A stretch of 64,000 nt of DNA, from NCBI GenBank assembly GCA_016618085.1, contig JABLTG010000001.1:310001-374000 (forward strand), read 5' to 3'. The notes below the pieces were generated by a model, which was given only the letters and a program-made list of their open reading frames with translations, was not told the origin of the DNA and did not search any database. This stretch comes from Neovahlkampfia damariscottae (Eukaryota). Below are positions 12,231-27,614 of this stretch, piece by piece; position 1 is the stretch's first letter, and every line of letters begins with the position of its first letter. Both the position numbers and the translations under genes were made by a program.

Positions 12231-13726
12231 ATGGAGGAAGAAAAAATGAACACAGAAGAAAATCAAATAAATATTGATAAAGAGTCTGTTGAAACTACTC
12301 ACATTGAAAATGAATCAATTGACAAAAATAAAGAAGAAATAAATATTTCAACTTTGAATGAAGTAAAAGAAGAAGATAAAAAAGAGGAAAAAGAAAATAT
12401 TAAAGAAGAAAAAAAGAAAATAGTATATGAAGGATATGTTGAAACTGATTTACATATTAAACCAAATGAAGAAGAAGAAAAAGAAGGTTTAAAAAGATAT
12501 TTTTTTTATATTATCAAAAATGTTTTATACATTAAAAAAGATGAAAAAGATATTTGGTTTGAATATTGTATACCAATTTCATCAATTTATGAATTAAAAG
12601 ATATTGAAATGGAAAATACTTTTAAAATATGTACAATTCCATTAACTATAATATGTAAAACAAATACAAAAGAAGAATTTACAAATTGGATATCTAAATT
12701 ATCAAGTATTGAAAAATCAAATAATTTAGAAAATGATTTAAAAGATTGTTTAAATGAATATTATAAAAAAACTAAAAATATTGATAATTATTTAAATGAA
12801 GTTTTATCATTATTTTTAAAACAATCATTAACATTTGAAACTAAAAATGAAGTAAAAAAAATAAATTAAATTAACATTTTAAAAAAAAGAATGATATATT
12901 TGAAAAGATTTATGAAATATTAAAAAATAAAGAAGAAGAAGAATTTGAAATACATTTTGAAAAGAGTAATAATCCATTAAAAAAACAAATACAAATTAAT
13001 GAATTTGAATTTGAAAAGATTAAACAAAAATCAGAAAGATATGATAAATTAGAAAATGATAATTTTGAATTAAATAAAAAATATAATAAATTACAAATTA
13101 CAAATGATTTAAAAATTATAAATGAAGAAGAATTAACATTAGCAAATAAAAAGATATCAAAGTTTCAAGAATTTATAAAATTAAAAGATAATAAAATTAA
13201 AGAATTAATAAATTCAGAAGCAAAATATCATAAAGATATGAAAAATATTGAACAAAGAATGGATGAAATTCAAAAATCAGAAGAAAGAATAAAAAAAGAA
13301 AAATTAATAATGAAATCTGTTGAAACTAAAAATAAAGAATTAGAACTATTCTTTCAAACTCAAGCTGCAAAAGTATCTCAATTATCAAATGAATTTGAAC
13401 AAGAAGCATTAAAAGCAAAGAATTTAGAAGCTGAAAAAAAGTCAATTGAAAATACTCTACAAAAATTTAAAGAAAGAGAAAAACAGTTAGTTTCAGTAAT
13501 TCAAATGTATGAACAATCAAATCAACAACAACCAAAAGAATCATCTCCAACACCTTTATCACCTTCAACAAATAAAGATCAAGTTGAAACAAAAAAAAAT
13601 AGAAAGTCTTTTTCTCAACCAAAAGAGTTGGAAAAATCAGAATCATTTTTTGGTAGAGTTGGTGGTTTATTTAATAAAAGTGGTAAATCAAACAAAGAAC
13701 CTGTTATAATTCATGATAAAAAATAA
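12231..13726 (+). CDS. PH-domain + coiled-coil protein
   Basis: 2 exons (intron starting about 12852); YEGYVE...KRYFFYIIKNVLY...EEFTNWISKL PH pattern followed by a coiled coil. Confidence 0.75.
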
Positions 13727-13848
13727 AAATTAATTCTTGAACACCTTTCTCGTTTTGGTCATCTAACATACCAAAACAATACTTTTTCGGAGTATTAATC
13801 AACGGAAAAAATTATGCATACTTTTCATTGGACAAAAAGAACAAAAGC

Positions 13849-16827
13849 ATGACAAATTGGAAGAATCACATTTATAAACCTGTTGGTATTTTTGGATTCT
13901 TCATGTGTTTTGTCACATTTTTACTTTATTTTTTAACATGGTTTGAAAGGTTAGACTAAAATATATTTTTTTTAACAAATAAGTTTTTATCCTTTCAGAA
14001 TATGTTGGGGCTATTGGGTGTGGATAGTTGTTTTCAATTTTTTTATTTTAACTGTTCCTCAAATGCTTGTATATTTGTTTATTGGAGTTCGATACTTTTT
14101 TAAAAAAAAACTTTCAGAAACTTCAAATTTGAATAAAGTCAAAACAAAAGCAGATCAAAGAAAATATTTCATGTATGTTCTTTATGGACTCGGAGTTGCA
14201 TTTATAATTTCTTTGACTTTCTTTAATTTCATATTTTTAATTTTCACAATTTATTGGAGGTAAGAGAAATAATATTTAAAAATATTAGTCTTGGAGCTAC
14301 TTATGATCCAACAATAAACTTCACTGTATAAAATGAAATGTATATTTTAATATATTATCAAATAGGGTGGAAGATTAAGTGTGAACGGAACAACAGTTTA
14401 TTTAGAAAAAGAATCAGGTACATTTGCTGTTAGAGTATCATCATTAGAAGATGTTGATGTTGCATATGGTCAAGGATTTGCTCATGCACAACAAAGATAT
14501 TATCAAATGGATTTAAATAGAAAAATTGCAGCAGGAAGAGCATCAGAAATATTAGGTATTAATGCATTACAGAGTGATAAATTTTTCAGAACACTTGGTT
14601 TATATCATTATAGTTCAAATATATTCTCTAAACTGGATAATGATACAAAGAGTGCATTAGAAGCATATACAAATGTACAAAAGAGAAATATTTAAATATT
14701 TTTAAAAAGGGTGTAAATGATTTTATTAATAAAGCAAGAGCAAAACCATTTGAACTTCAAATTTATAATTATCCATTTCAAACTTGGAGAGTTGAAGATT
14801 CAATTGCATGTTTAAAATTATATCAATGGTCAAACTCTGGAAATTATTTAAATGAATTACATCGTTTAAGATTATTACTTGATCAAAATTTAACACCACA
14901 AAGAGTTAAAGAGTTCTTTCCACCTTATCCTTTAAATATAAATGAATCATTTCATTCATTTAGAGCTACTGAATTTGAAGAAGCACAAGTTACAATTGAT
15001 CAAAATTTAAAAATTGAAAATGAAAGTTTTATTTTAGAAGAAGAAAATATTATAAAAGAAAAAATACAAAATAATGAAACAAAGACACAAATTAAATATA
15101 GTTCAATTGAAGATTTAAATTCAGGTTGGAGTCCTTCTCCTTTAGGTTCAGGTGCAAGTAAGTTTAAAGTTAATTCTATTGGTGGTGCTTTCTTTGGTTC
15201 ATTATTAACTCTTGATGGATTTCCAATATTTGCTGTTAATTCAAATGGACCTTTAACTGCTCCAACTGGTATTTCATTTTTTTTATTTTTTTATTTTTTT
15301 ATTTAGAATTTATGGTGATGAGATTAGCAACTGGTACACGAGAAGCATTTGGATCATCATTACCTGGAGTACCTGGAATATTAAATGGTAGAAATGATAA
15401 ATCATCATGGAATGTTATACCAAGTAACGCAGATGTACAAGATTTATATATAATGAATAATACAAAAGTAAATGATAGTCAAATATATTATCATTATAAA
15501 AATCAAGAAATGACATACAAAACAAGAAAAGAAACAATAACAATTAAAAAAACACAAACAGAAAATGAATATGTTTCAATTACAATTAGAGAATCTATTT
15601 ATGGTCCAATCATTTCTGATTCAATTTTAAATTCACCAAAAGGAGTTATACTTTCATTAAAATGGTCAGCATTAAAAACAGATAAAACAATGAATTGGAT
15701 GTGGAATTCATGGAAAAGTATTACATTTGATTCATTTAAAAGTTTAACTCAACAAAACTTCGAATCACCAGCAAGTTCAATATTTTTTGGAAATAATCAT
15801 GAAAATATTCAAGAACCATTATTTATTGTTGGTGGTACTATACCAAGTAGAAAGAAAGGACATACTGGTATGTTTCCAAGAATAGGAAATGGTGATTATG
15901 ATTGGACTGGTAATATTGCATCTTATAGTCATCAAAGATGGCCAACTCAAACTCATTTTGTTGTTGGTGGTTCAAGATTTATTGAAAGAGGTTTTAGAAA
16001 TATTTATGGATATGATTTTGATAATGAATATGCTGCTAAACGTTTATATGATTTTGCAGCAAAAAAAATAGAATCAGGTACTCTTTTAACAAACAAACAA
16101 GTTCAAAATATGTTAGTAGATACAGTTGATTTAATGTTTGATGATTTTATACCAATTTTAAATAAATTACAAAATGATACAAAAAAATCAATTTTATTAG
16201 CATGGGATAAAGATTGTAGATATAATTCTATTTCATGTTATATTTGGAAAGCCTGGTATTGGCAATTAAGTAATTTATTATTATTATTAAATTAAATTAT
16301 ATATAGCTCAATTACCTTCAAATATTGTTGATGTTTCATATTGGGATAATCATCGTTATTTAATAAATACATTAAAACAAGAAAATCATGCTGATTGTTT
16401 ACCATTGACTTGTACACAATATGCACAACAAGCATTAGATAAAGTAGATAGTTCAATTAGTTGGAAGAAGTTTACTCCATTTACCAATATTATAATGAAA
16501 GATACAGCATTTAATTGTTTTGGTACAAGATATTTTGAATCTGGTGGTTCATTTTCAACATTAAATCAATTTCCTGAATCAAATCCTTCATATTTTTTTC
16601 AAACTTATTTTGGACCAAATTATAGACATGTTATGGATTTAGAATTATCAAAAGATAGTGTTCATTGGCAATATCCATTGAGTAATTCAGGTTGGCAATA
16701 TCAACGTTATGGTGAATACGATGCTAACTTTCAAAATTATCAATCCAATGTATTCTTTTCATTTTCAACAGTCAATGGAAAATTTGCTTCTTTTTCACCT
16801 TTGACATCACAAACAATTAAAAAATAA
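13849..16827 (+). CDS. Penicillin acylase / peptidase S45 (Ntn-hydrolase) homolog with about 3 N-terminal transmembrane segments; probably catalytically dead
   Basis: 7 exons; alpha-subunit motif AYGQGFAHAQQRYYQMDLNRKIAAGRASEILG; beta-subunit motifs GSSLPGVPGILNGRN, ADVQDLY, RESIYGPIIS, LSLKWSAL and GPNYRHVMDL. Confidence 0.85.
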
Positions 16828-16871
16828 AAAATAATTAGGTTTCATATTATATCCACTATATAATCTAATAT

Positions 16872-18195
16872 TTATTTGATATTAAAAATTTTAAAAACTT
16901 TTCCAACTATTGATTTTCTTTTAACATTTGGATCAGAAGAAGGAGAACTAGAACCAGTATTTGAAACACCAAGAGTAGGTGTTGAATTATTATTTTGGCT
17001 ATAAACAGATGTTTGTCTTTCCATAGCAATTGTATTTGGTGATTTATTACCAATTCCAATATCAGATTGAGAGTGTTGTAATGATTTATCTTCTATCCTT
17101 TTTTTACTTTCAATATCTTTCATAAAATCTTTTATAATTTGTGTATCACCTTTTAATTCTTCTAAAACATCTTCTGCATCTAAATTTAATAATTTTTCAA
17201 AGTTTTCTTTATTTATAACAGGTCCTTCATTTAAAGTTACTGCCATTCTCTTTAAAAAGTTATATAAAATGAAAATAAATTATACTTTTACAAAATTAAA
17301 TACAGATTTTGAATTTGATCTTTTTTTATGACTTGAAGATATTGTCATTGTTACAATTTCAACAAAATAAGTATCATATCCTTCTAATAATTTTTTAACC
17401 AATTGTTGATGTAATTTAATATTTGTCATATCTGTTAATAATTGTTCTGGTCTTCTTAATGTTAATAATTCATATAACATAACACCAAAAGAATAAACAT
17501 CAACTTTATCAGATAAGTGTTCAGTAATTTCAGGTGCAACATATAACTAAAAGTATATATTTATAAATAATATATTAATTTACAGGTGTTCCAACAAAAT
17601 CTTGTGATTTTTGTTCATTTTCTGTTTGATTATTTAAAGCAACACCAAAGTCAACTAATTTTATAATCCATTTATCTTCTGATTCTTTTTGAATCATTAT
17701 ATTTTGTGGTTTAATATCCCTTTTATTAAATTAATTCATTTTTAAAACCTACCTATGAATGATATTATTTTGATGTATTTCTTTTAAACTTGAACAAATC
17801 TGCATTATTATATCTTGTAAAAAATAAGAGTCAAAAACTTCCAAAGTTTGTCTTTTTTGTTGTATAATTTCATCTAAATTAAAATCACATAATTCCATTA
17901 TTAAATATATTTCTATTTGTTCGTCTAAAGTAAACTCATCAACGTTTATATTCTTGAAGTATTCATAATATTTTATAATATTAATATGATTTAATGACAT
18001 AACCATCTCTATTTCTTTTAAGACTACTTTTAAATTTTCTTCGTCTTTTATTAAAATTTGTTTTACAGCAACTTTTCTGTTATTCTTTAAATCCTCTGTA
18101 AGATATATTATTCCTTCAGTACCACGTCCAATTTCTTTTATTATGTTATATTTGTCTGTAAATTCTTCTTTTTTTTCTGTCTCATCCTCCATCAT
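16872..18195 (-). CDS. Ser/Thr protein kinase (NEK-like or other)
   Basis: 4 exons; IGRGTEG, VAVK, IHRDIKPQN, DFG, VGTPLYVAPE and DVYSFG after splicing. Confidence 0.9.
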
Positions 18196-18433
18196 TTATC
18201 TGGGTTTTTGGTTTGATTGGTCAAAATTTGGATCCAATCAAAATGGATTTTCAATTTCTAATTTTTTATTCATTTTTATTCACATTTTAGTATCAAAAAA
18301 TATTTTCCAAATATGGAGGAATGAAGGTGAATTACATTGAACAAAATTCAGATTTTAATTTGTACAATCATTTAAAAGAAATTATTGACCAATAAAAACG
18401 TTGTAAATATTTGAACCAATTTTTTTTGAAGTA

Positions 18434-21400
18434 ATGATTCGATTACTTTCTATTGCTAAAAAGAATAAATTAAGTTTTGTTAAGAGAAAATATTCAAAAT
18501 TTCATGAAGAGAAATATCAAAAAATGACTCCTCTTGAACATGTTTTGAATAGACCAGGTAGAAAAATAAAGAAATTAATTGTTTAGATGCATACGTTGGA
18601 AGTATACAAAAGAAAAAAGAAAAGAATTGGATATTTGAAAATAATAAAATTATAGAGAAAGAGATTGAATTCTCACCTGGTTTATATAGAATACTAGATG
18701 AAATAATAATGAACGCAGTTGATAATCATCATAGAGAAAATACAGAAACCAATATTTTAAAAGTTAATTTTGAATCAGAATGGGTTCATATTTTTAATAA
18801 TGGTAAAAAGATATAGTTTTAAAAAAAAAAAAGGAAAAACTATACCGATTGAAATACATTCTATTGAAAAGATATATATACCAGAATTAGTATTTGGTCA
18901 TTTGTTAACTGGATCTAATTTTAATGATGAAGAAATTAAATTAGTAGGTGGTAGAAATGGATATGGTTCAAAATTGGCAAATATTTTTAGTAAAGAATTT
19001 AAAATTGAAATTCAATATGGTTTAAAAAATTATAAGCAAATATGGAGAGATAATATGGTAATTCTATAATAATTAAAAAAAAAAAAAAAAGAAAATATGT
19101 AATGAACCAATAATAAATGAAGAAAAGAAAAAGAAAGAAGAATATTTAAAAGTATCATTTACACCTGATTTTAAAAGGTTTAATAAAAAAGAAAAGAATT
19201 TATTTACCAAAGACTTTTTTAAATTAATTGAAAGAAGATTAATTGATATATCAGGTTGTAATTCTAAATTACAAATATATTTTAATGATCAAAGAATTCA
19301 AATTCAAAATTTAAAAGTAATTAAAATATTAAATTAAATACCTATTAGGAATATGCAAAATTAATATTTGAACAAGATACAAATTATCTTTATAAAAAAT
19401 TAAATGAAAATTGGGAGATTATTATTGGTTCATCTTTAAAAGATAATGAATTTAAACAAATTAGTTTTGTTAATTCTATATCAACAATACATGGTGGTAC
19501 ACATGTAAATTCAATTTTATATCCATTAATTAAATTAATATCGTATGACTCTTTAATGATTGGTTTAATTATTTTTAGTGATAATTTAAATTCAAAAAAG
19601 TTAAGTAATCATATTATAAAGAATCAAATAACATTAATTTTAAATTGTAAAATTCAAAATCCAATATTTGAGTAAAAGAACAAATTTTAACATATTTTCA
19701 ACTAATAGTTCACAAACTAAAGAAATGTTAACATCAAAAATGCAAACTTTTGATTTAAATAGTGATTTATATAAACAAATAAATAATAAAACAGATGTTA
19801 TTGAAAATATTAAAAATTTTACAAAAATGAAAGATACAATGATGGCAGAAAGAAAATCAAAAAAATTAATCAAAAGTTTATTAATACCTAAATTAGAAGA
19901 TGCATTATATGCAGGTGGAAATCATTCAAATGAATGTACTTTAATATTAACTGAAGGTGATTCTGCTAAATCATTAGCAGTTGCAGGATTATCAGTTTTA
20001 GGAAGAGAAAAATATGGAGTATTTCCACTTCGAGGTAAATTATTAAATGTTAGAGATGCATCAGAACAACAAATTTTAAATAATGAAGAAATTAAAAATT
20101 TAAAATTAATATTAGGATTAGAAGAGAATTTAACATATGATAATTTATATACAAAAGATGGAAAGTTTAAATTAAGATATGGTAAATTAATATTAATGAC
20201 AGATCAAGATTTTGATGGATCACATATCAAAGGATTAATTATTAATTTATTTCATTTTTATTGGCCAAATCTTTTAAAACAAAATTTTATTCAAGTATTA
20301 ATTACACCAATTATTAAAACATTTTTAAAAAATGAAACTTATTCATTCTTTAATTTAAATGATTTTGAGATTTGGAAATCAAATTTAAATTCCAAAACAA
20401 ATTTTATATCTAAATATTATAAAGGTCTTGGTACCAATACATCAAAAGAATCAAAAGAATATTTTTTAAATTTAAAAAAACATTTAATTCAATTTTATTG
20501 GAAAGATAAAAATGATGATGATTCAATTGATATGGCATTCTCAAAAAAGAGAGTAAAAGATAGAAAAGATTGGTTAAATAATAATCAAAATTTAAATTTA
20601 AATTTTGAAAATAAAAGAATATCTTTTACTGATTTTATAAACAAAGAAGTAAATAATTAATTATTAAATAATAATAGTTAATTCATTTTTCAAATTATGA
20701 TAATATTAGAAGTATACCAAATATTATGGATGGTTTAAAACCAGGTCAAAGAAAAATATTATTCTCTTGTTTTAAAAGAAATTTAAATAATGAAATTAAA
20801 GTAGCACAATTATCAGGATATGTTGCAGAACATACACAATATCATCATGGTGAAATATCTCTTCATTCTACTATTGTAAATTATTCATTTTATTTAATAA
20901 ATTAGATAAATATGGCACAAGATTTTGTTGGTTCAAATAATATACCATTATTATATCCAAGTGGTACATTTGGTTCAAGATCATTAGGAGGTAAAGATGC
21001 TGCATCTGCGAGATATATTTTGTAAGATAAATAAATAATCTAAATAATACAAGTACAAAATTAAATGAATTAACAAGATTTATATTTCATCCAGATGATG
21101 ATGATATATTAGATTATAATTTTGAAGATGGTGATAAAATTGAACCAAAATATTTTGTACCAATTATACCAATGATATTAGTAAATGGATGTGAGGGTGT
21201 TGGTACTGGATGGTCCACACAAATACCAAGTTTTAATCCTTTAGATATTATTGAGAATCTTTTAAATTTATTACAAGATAAAGATTTAAATGAAATGAAA
21301 ATGTGGTCAAAAGGATTTAAAGGAAATATTAGAAAAGAAGATAATAAATTTATTAGTGAAGGTATTATTGAAATTGGAAAAAAAGGAAAATTAAAGAATG

Positions 21401-22005
21401 TTTTAATTATTAAAGAATTACCATTAAAAAAATGGACTGAAGATTATAAACAATTTTTAATTTCTGAGAATATTAAATTTAGTGAACATCATAGTGAAAA
21501 AGAAATTGAATTTAGAATTTATGGAATAAATGAAGATGATATTAATTTAAAATTAGAATCAAAATTCTCATTGAATAATATGATTTTATTTTCTCCAAAA
21601 TTTAAAATTAAAAAATATTTACAAATAAATGATATTTTAATTGAATTTTTTAAAATGAGATTATCATTTTATAAAAAAAGAAAAGAAAATTTAATTAAAA
21701 AATTAAATCAAGAATTATTAAAATTAAAAGAAAAATTAAATTTTTTAATTTTACAAAAAGAATTAGATTTACAATCAAAAACTAAAGATGAAATTATTAA
21801 AAAATTAAAAGATTTAAATTTCATTTCCATTCAAGAATTATTAAATATTCCAATTTTAAATATGACAAAAGATAATATTCAAAAATTGAAAAATATAATT
21901 GAAGAAAAAGAAAAGATATTAAATGATTTACAAAATAAAAATGAAAAAGATATTTGGAAAAATGATTTATTTAAATTAAAAAATAAATTAATAAATATTG
22001 AATAA
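18434..22005 (+). CDS. TOP2: DNA topoisomerase II (type IIA), probably mitochondrial
   Basis: 10 exons; [87 protein letters not shown] and the catalytic ASARYIFT. Basic N-terminal extension; no C-terminal domain. Confidence 0.95.
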
Positions 22006-22098
22006 TAAGAGTGATAATTTGTTAATAAAGTCAAGGTAACTCTTACTAAATTGTGTTATCATCAATAAATTCTTAGATGAATAAGTTATTGATATATT

Positions 22099-24170
<2,072 letters not shown>

Positions 24171-24257
24171 TTTGTCAAGAATTCAATCTACCTTTCACTT
24201 GTATCAAGAAAACGGATTGTATTTTGATTGGTCAAATACAATTAGGATTTTATTACT

Positions 24258-25090
24258 ATGTCACATCAATTAGATTTGATCACTGCAGTTGTTTTTAAAG
24301 ATGGAACAATTTTTACAATGATTGAAGAAGAATTAGACAATAAAATTACTTGTTTAAAAGAAATTAGTGAAAGAAGTCAAAGTTTGAAAATCTAACTTTA
24401 TGTTTGAAAAAATATATTAGATTTCTATGATACAAATGGATGTTAAAAAAAATTAGAGATATATTCAAAAATAAAGGAAAATTGGAAATTAATGTTAAAA
24501 TTGAAAAAAAATATCTTCAAAATTATCCAACAATTTGTATACCATGACTCAATTGTAGACATTCAAAGAAGAGAGCCAAACGAACTTGACTTCACCATAA
24601 GAAAAGATTTATTAAGTGTAAAGACAGTTGGAAAAAAACTAATTAAAATTAATAATTTTATTTTTGATTTTAAAAGAGACAAAATCATCACACACTTGGA
24701 AGTGTAAAGTAGCTTCAAAAAATCCTGTTCTTCCCATGTGATCAATGGAAAGATTATGATAATTGGTTGTAAAACTGATAATTACCTGCTTCTAATTTTC
24801 AGCCTTGCAATTTCTTTTTTTTTTTTTATCAAATCTTTTTCACAAAAGCTTCATTTTGCTGAAAAAATCGAGTTAACTTTTCAAAAGTGATTGATTTAAC
24901 ATTAAACAGTGCAACTAACTCCTTGGATGTGTAAAGTAAATACATTTGTTCGCCAAAATCATAACAATTGTAAATCTGTAAATTTATAAATAACTATTTC
25001 ACTTGAACTCTTGACCTCACTCGAGCAAAACCAATTTTATCTTTAGTATAACTTTCTCGTGGTGTGGTACATCTGATTTTCTTCCATAAC
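24258..25090. other. Unresolved region: exon/intron-like fragments on both strands, no intact gene model (possible decayed genes)
   Basis: ATG at 24258 (+) and near 25087 (-) each follow a CCAAT motif, but the GT-AG joins I tried give stops or need a frameshift. Confidence 0.3.
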
Positions 25091-25152
25091 GGTTTTTTTT
25101 GTGTGTTCACGAACCAATTAAAAAGCGTGGCTCGATATAAAAATAAACTTTT

Positions 25153-25552
25153 TTATTGTTCTTTTTTTTCATTTTTAAGTTCCAATAAAAGTTTACGTAA
25201 TCTTGAAGTATCTTTGTCTTTGTTTTCTTCAGTTTCTTCATTTTTTTTTGAAAAGTTGACATAAGTTGCAACTTTTTCCCATACATTATCGTGATTTTCT
25301 TTTTCAGATTCTTCCATTTCTTTCTCTTTGTCTTGATTTTCTTTAATTCTTTTTTCAATAAGTTCGTTTCTTTCACTCAAAAAATTTTCTTTGTATGCTT
25401 TTGCATCTTCTAATAATTTTTCATGCTTTTCAGCATTTTCTTGTCTTTGTTTTTCAATTCTTTCATCTCTTTCAATTTCAAATTTTCTATTAAGTTAGTA
25501 TTAAAATGATCAACTAAACTCACCTCAAAGGAGAAATTTCTTCTTCAGACAT
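25153..25552 (-). CDS. CLC: Clathrin light chain
   Basis: 2 exons (intron 25487-25523); PLRKFEIER coiled coil, then NVWEKVATYVNF...KDTSRLRKLLLELK, the clathrin light chain C-terminal motif. Confidence 0.85.
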
Positions 25553-25718
25553 TTTTATTGGTTGGTTATTCTGAACCAATGATTTTGTTGTGAAATATTT
25601 ATTCTTATTTTTTTCTGTATTTTTAAATATTATTAATTTCCTCGTTGATTGAAAAACGGTTAAAAATTCGAAGAATTCATCATTTGATTGGTTGAACTTA
25701 CCTTTAAAAACAAACGTA

Positions 25719-26591
25719 ATGACTGAAGAACAAGAAATTCAACAAGAAGAAGAAGTAATGAATATTTCTGATATTCTTGATAAATTACCAGTCTCAATTT
25801 TACATGATATTTGTGATAGAAACCATATTAAAGAAACAAGAACTAAAAAACATTGTATTCAAAGTATTATTCAAAGTTCAATTCAAAAAGGAATTAAAGA
25901 ATACTTTTTCAATGAAATTAGTAAAGAAGATATTAGATTATGTTTAGAACAATTAAAAAAAGAAACTATTGAACATAATAATAAAAGTAAAATGTTAGAA
26001 GAATTAAAAAAAGAAATAAAAAAAGAAAAAGATTTATTTTCATTTTTATTAAAATTAAATTTAAAAACATTAATTGAATTTACATCATCATTAGGATTTA
26101 AATTTTTAAAAGAAGAAGAAGAATTAAAAAAAGAAGAAATTATTGAATTATTAAAAGAAGAAATATTAATATTTGGATTAACTCAAACCTTTAATATTAT
26201 TTTATCTGAATCCATTTTAAAAATATTAAAATATTTAAATTTAAAAAATTTAAAAAATAAATTAAATAATATTAAAAATATTTTATCTTTAAATTATCCT
26301 CATTTAAAAAATGAATTAAATGAACAAGAAGAAGAAAAAGAAGAAAAAAAAGAAATTAAAAAAGTTGAATTTAAAAAGGGTATTACATTTCAAGATTTAT
26401 ATGATTCTTATTATACTAATGAATTATCTGATTATTGTTTAAAAAATGGTTTAAAAAAATCAGGTTCAAAAAAAGAATTAATTAAAAGAATATTAAATTA
26501 TTTAAATTTTGATATAAAAGAAGAAGTAAAATCAAAAAAAAGAAAGAATGAATCAAAAGAAGAAAATAATTTAAAAAAAAAGAAAAAATAA
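25719..26591 (+). CDS. SAP-like domain nuclear protein
   Basis: C-terminal YYTNELSDYCLKNGLKKSGSKKELIKRILNYL plus a basic NLS-like tail. Confidence 0.7.
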   Translation: MTEEQEIQQEEEVMNISDILDKLPVSILHDICDRNHIKETRTKKHCIQSIIQSSIQKGIKEYFFNEISKEDIRLCLEQLKKETIEHNNKSKMLEELKKEIKKEKDLFSFLLKLNLKTLIEFTSSLGFKFLKEEEELKKEEIIELLKEEILIFGLTQTFNIILSESILKILKYLNLKNLKNKLNNIKNILSLNYPHLKNELNEQEEEKEEKKEIKKVEFKKGITFQDLYDSYYTNELSDYCLKNGLKKSGSKKELIKRILNYLNFDIKEEVKSKKRKNESKEENNLKKKKK

Positions 26592-26598
26592 AAAATTA

Positions 26599-27443
26599 TT
26601 ATTGGTCCTTATTCTCTCTAAAAGTTGAACTTTTACACCAAATAATTAAATTATATCTTTGTCCTTCTTCAAGTAATTTTGCACCATGTCTTTTTAAAAT
26701 TAATCAATTTAAATAATACCTATGTTTACCATCATGTAAAATACATGTACCTATTTCATGTTCTAGTTCACAATAATCTTCATTTTTAATTGGTTCATTC
26801 TCTTTTCCAATAAAAAATAAATTACCACCTTTAAATATTTTTCCAAGACAACAATTTATAGTTAATTCAGAATCATCAACATGAAAATCTAAATGATCAT
26901 CTTTTCCAATAGTAGAATATTCAACAATAAATGAATGATGATCATCTATTGAAATTAAAATGATAAAACACCTACCAATTATATTATTCATATCTTTTGA
27001 CATTACGATTGATAAATATTTAAAATATTCATCAATAAATGTATCAAAAAAATTATTTAAACCTAATTCATCTAATATTACTCCAAAATTATTCATTGAA
27101 TTTGGCCTTAAAATTACATCAACTGTACTCTCAAAATGTTCAACTTCTTCTAAAAGTAAACTACAAAATTCAACTGTAAATATTTCACAATAATATATTC
27201 CTTTAAATTCATTTTCTAAAAAATTTGATAAAACATCTTTTCTTTTATTATTAAATTCTTTTTTATCTTTTTCAAATAATGGTATCAATTCTAAAGAAAT
27301 AAGAAATTAAAACTAATACCTTTACACTCTTTAACTGTTTTTAAAAAGTCTTGTGTGAAGAACTTTTCGGAAAATTTGTATATTTCTTCATGTTTTGGTT
27401 TATAATCTTCATGAATATACTTTGTAGTTTCTCTTTCTTTCAT
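26599..27443 (-). CDS. OGFOD2: 2OG-Fe(II) dioxygenase, OGFOD2/ICU11-like
   Basis: 4 exons; FCSLLLEEVEHFE...RPNSMNNFGVILDELG, DHHSFIVEY, FHVDDSELTINCCLG, HRHGA and RYNLIIW; HxD...H...R intact. Confidence 0.9.
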
Positions 27444-27614
27444 TTTTGAATTGAAAAAACAAATTTGATTGGTTCAATAAAATTAAAATGTTTTATTTAT
27501 TAAAGTTTATTCAAATACTATTTTATTAAATAACACTAATTTTCTTATTTTTCCGTTCAACCAATAAGAATTTACAGTTTATATTTTTGTTGGTGTAAAT
27601 AAGAAGAACAATAA

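Noticed and set aside
13814..13852. uORF whose TGA overlaps the ATG of the acylase-like gene (ATGA)
   Set aside because: Only 12 codons, likely by chance, and an ATTGG motif lies inside it, so it may be upstream of the TSS.
15158..15170. Strong GTAAGT as an intron that might restore the S45 SNxW motif
   Set aside because: There is no AG at a usable distance, and the frame is open and alignable through the region.
18434..22005. TOP2 as a giant-virus or endogenous viral gene
   Set aside because: It has nine spliceosomal introns and a host-type CCAAT promoter, with no viral neighbours.
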